In this document: in pieces, positions 61,372 to 64,000 of the stretch | Layout of the letters: every line of letters begins with the position of its first letter | Position numbering within the stretch: position 1 is the first letter of the stretch | Assembly: GCA_036340235.1 (NCBI GenBank) | Contig: JAYYZE010000029.1 | Coordinates: 2,041-66,040 of the forward strand | DNA: 64,000 bases | Direction: 5' to 3' | Origin: Bacteroidota bacterium | GTDB taxonomy: Bacteria; Bacteroidota; Bacteroidia; Flavobacteriales; UBA7312 | Notes under the pieces: generated by a model | Databases searched by the model: none | Told to the model about the DNA's origin: nothing | Seen by the model: the letters and a program-made list of their open reading frames with translations, nothing else | Made by a program: the position numbers and the translations under genes

Positions 61372-62086
61372 ACAAGGGAATAAGTCGTCCATCTAAGTAA
61401 ATAGGAACGACAGACGTTTTATTATGCTCAAGACAATAGTAAACGTCCTTGTCTATTCCAAGATGCTGAAGGCGTCTTCTGTGCTGAGAATTCGATAAGA
61501 AATTGTACAAATTATCTTTGGAATTTTCGTAGAGCAATAAGGCGTTTATCGTGGAGTCGTTTTCGTAATAAAATTGTTTAGTTTTCATCAAGCTGTCTGT
61601 TAAAGCACCTGCAAAAATGGTATCTTCTAAACAAAAGTCATCTCTCCAACCTGCACAAAGTATAATCACATCTCTCTGTTTAATTTTAAGAAAATCGGTA
61701 ATGGCCTTAATGTTCAAAAATGAGCCTATCACTACCTCGTGATTATCTTTGGCAATATTAATGGCTTTAGTACCATTTGTGGTGGTAAGAACCAGTGTTT
61801 TTCCATTAAAATCGATTGTTCGATAGTTTGTAGGCGAATTTCCTATGTCAAAACCACTTACAATACTACCGTTTCGCTCAGCAGCCAACAAATGATTTTT
61901 TTTTCCTTTGTAATCTAAGGCATCTTCAATCATAGAGACAGGCACTATGGATTGAACACCTAAATCAAATGCAGTGCATATAGCCGATGTGGCTCTTAAA
62001 ACATCTACCACTACCACTATGCTATTCTTATCCGAATAAACCGGAAAAAGAGATGGTGAAAGACAGACTTTTATGTTAAACTTCAT
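61364..62086 (-). CDS. comB: 2-phosphosulfolactate phosphatase family protein
   Basis: VVVDVLRATS, AAERNG, GNSP, LTTTNGT, LCAGW, LEDTIFAG. Confidence 0.9.
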   Translation of the reverse strand: MKFNIKVCLSPSLFPVYSDKNSIVVVVDVLRATSAICTAFDLGVQSIVPVSMIEDALDYKGKKNHLLAAERNGSIVSGFDIGNSPTNYRTIDFNGKTLVLTTTNGTKAINIAKDNHEVVIGSFLNIKAITDFLKIKQRDVIILCAGWRDDFCLEDTIFAGALTDSLMKTKQFYYENDSTINALLLYENSKDNLYNFLSNSQHRRRLQHLGIDKDVYYCLEHNKTSVVPIYLDGRLIPLYV

Positions 62087-62092
62087 GCTTTG

Positions 62093-63175
62093 TTATTGTT
62101 TGTAAAATGGTAAGCTGACGACTTTGGCTTTTATATTTTTATGACGTATTTTAATAAAAAACTCGGTGTTCAGATTGGCGAAATCGATATGTACATAGCC
62201 CATGCCTATGGCCTTGTTAAGTGATGGGGACATGGTTCCTGATGTGACTCGACCAATAAAGTTATCATTATCATCTACTATCTCATAATCATTACGAGGA
62301 ATACCCTTTTCTAATAGTTCAAAGCCAACTCGTTTTTTATTGACTCCCTTGTTTTTTTGAATTAGTAAATCATCACTGTTATTAAAAGGGATGTTAAACT
62401 TGCTTATCCAACCTAAACCAGCTTCTATTGGCGAAGTAGTTTCATCAATATCATTTCCGTACAAGCAAAAACCCATTTCTAGCCGAAGTGTATTTCTAGC
62501 TGCAAGTCCAATAGGTTTGACTCCAATATCATTAGCAGATTCAAAAATGGCATCCCAAATAGTAATTGCATATTCATTTTTAAAATAAATTTCAAACCCA
62601 CCTGAGCCAGTGTATCCCGTAGCTGATATAATGACGTCTTTCACTCCAGCAAATTCGCCCACCTCAAAAGTGTAATAGGTCATACTTAACAAATCGATAT
62701 TGGTTAGTTTTTGAAGTCCGTCTATTGATTTTGGCCCCTGAACGGCCAACAAGGAATAATGATCAGATAAGTTGCTTACATTGGCGCAGAAGGTATTAAA
62801 GGATCGTATCCATGCATCATCTTTTTCTATGTTTGACGCATTGACTACTAACATATACTTTTCAGCATTAAAGCGATAGACTAATAAATCATCAACGATA
62901 CCACCCTCTAAATTAGGCATACATGAGTACTGTACCTGACCATCGTTCAATTTACTGGCGTCATTTGATGTAACTTTTTGAACTAAGTCAAGTGCACGAG
63001 GACCTTCTACAAATAGCTCACCCATGTGAGAAACATCAAAAACTCCTACACCTTTTCTAACAGTAAGGTGTTCTTTAATCAAACCATCGTATTGTAAAGG
63101 CATGTAATAACCAGCAAAAGGTACCATTTTAGCCCCCAGCTTGATGTGTAAGTCGGTAAGCGCTGTGTGTTTCAT
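62093..63175 (-). CDS. gcvT: Glycine cleavage system aminomethyltransferase T
   Basis: [55 protein letters not shown]. Confidence 0.97.
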   Translation of the reverse strand: MKHTALTDLHIKLGAKMVPFAGYYMPLQYDGLIKEHLTVRKGVGVFDVSHMGELFVEGPRALDLVQKVTSNDASKLNDGQVQYSCMPNLEGGIVDDLLVYRFNAEKYMLVVNASNIEKDDAWIRSFNTFCANVSNLSDHYSLLAVQGPKSIDGLQKLTNIDLLSMTYYTFEVGEFAGVKDVIISATGYTGSGGFEIYFKNEYAITIWDAIFESANDIGVKPIGLAARNTLRLEMGFCLYGNDIDETTSPIEAGLGWISKFNIPFNNSDDLLIQKNKGVNKKRVGFELLEKGIPRNDYEIVDDNDNFIGRVTSGTMSPSLNKAIGMGYVHIDFANLNTEFFIKIRHKNIKAKVVSLPFYKQ

Positions 63176-63206
63176 ATCTTTGAATTAGGTACTAAATATA
63201 CTTAAT

Positions 63207-64000
63207 TTAAATCCCAACATAGGCCAGCTTATCTCCTTCTTGAAATTGATACTCAAAATTCACGTTTATAAAAATCAAATTATTCTTTCTGTTGATGAGA
63301 ACTGGTATAAAGTCATCATTGTTTGATTTTAATAGAGACTGAAAATGATTGGTTGAGCTAATCTCAACTTCATTCAAATTAGGGTATTTTCTGATCAGCT
63401 CGATTAGCTTTATATAGTCAGTATCTTTTGAGAACAGTATATCTTCTGGCCTAGAAAGCGATTGAAGGGTTATTTCGTTGGCAGTAACCAGTCTAAAAAC
63501 GTTTTTATCCCCAAAGATGGAGTTAAATTTCCGACATGCAATAATATTGACATCGTTACTAGACGTTAGCGCGATCAGTTGACAAGCATTATCTTCTAAG
63601 CCATCAAGCTCATCCGACAGAATGTTACCTTCTATAACTTGTAATCCAGCTGTTTTGGCATTTCTGATATTCTCTTTAGAAAGATCATATAGTGTAGTGG
63701 GAATGTTATTTTTTTCTAGATAAGAAGCTATGCTGATAGATCCTTCGTTGGCTCCTACTATGATAACACCATTTTGTTGCTCTTGAATGAGACCTAATAA
63801 TCTGGCGACTAACTTTGCGCTTAATCCATTGAGAGTAACCGTTCCTAGAATAACCATAAAGGTTAGAGGCACTAATAGCTCTACATCTTGACGTAAAGAA
63901 GGAGGCAAAGATATTTTATCAGACATCAAATACAAAGAAAATAATGAAGCAACAGCAGCAGCGACAATTCCTTTAGGGCCAATCCATGCTATGAACAGTT
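63207..64000 (-). CDS. CPA1/NhaP-type cation:proton antiporter with a C-terminal RCK/TrkA-N-like domain (5' end outside the window)
   Basis: Frame is open to the window edge: LFIAWIGPKGIVAAAVASLF...LTFMVILGTVTLNGLSA, then VIIVGAN and LIALTSSNDVN. Confidence 0.85.
   Translation of the reverse strand, partial: LFIAWIGPKGIVAAAVASLFSLYLMSDKISLPPSLRQDVELLVPLTFMVILGTVTLNGLSAKLVARLLGLIQEQQNGVIIVGANEGSISIASYLEKNNIPTTLYDLSKENIRNAKTAGLQVIEGNILSDELDGLEDNACQLIALTSSNDVNIIACRKFNSIFGDKNVFRLVTANEITLQSLSRPEDILFSKDTDYIKLIELIRKYPNLNEVEISSTNHFQSLLKSNNDDFIPVLINRKNNLIFINVNFEYQFQEGDKLAYVGI

Noticed and set aside
63176..63206. Glycine riboswitch upstream of gcvT
   Set aside because: The gap is only 31 nt and holds no aptamer-like sequence
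63960..63990. GPKG instead of GPRG in the CPA1 antiporter
   Set aside because: Conservative substitution, and the gene is truncated by the window so the other transport motifs cannot be assessed

Overview
A gene-dense, AT-rich (roughly 35% GC by eye) core-chromosome segment of a Bacteroidota bacterium, most likely a free-living Flavobacteriales. The assignment rests on TAnnTTTG -7 promoter boxes, signal peptides ending in Gln, gldF/gldG, porD, and the bamD-rpoZ-coaBC-porD-recN-fabI and gldG-DUF4340-dnaN gene orders. It carries about 58 intact CDSs, nearly all housekeeping: gyrA, clpC, fabI, recN, ligA, dnaA, dnaN, ettA, ahpC, mltG, dapA/dapF, gap, pckA, serC/serA, purC, gcvT and others. I found no rRNA, tRNA, CRISPR array, IS element, prophage or recognisable defence system, and I cannot claim a clearly new multi-gene system. 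The items most worth a second look are: (i) four decayed genes hidden in the gaps (aquaporin, secreted protein, MarR-like, S1/P1 nuclease); (ii) face-to-face TAnnTTTG boxes, i.e. candidate bidirectional promoters, plus apparently leaderless genes; (iii) a heptaheme c-type cytochrome-TPR lipoprotein inside a dapF-mltG-phosphomutase operon; (iv) a probable sulfonolipid cysteate acyltransferase; (v) DUF1015 and a motif-divergent DUF62 enzyme; (vi) a local GC rise at about 31-37 kb. All family calls come from motif recognition only; no database search was run.
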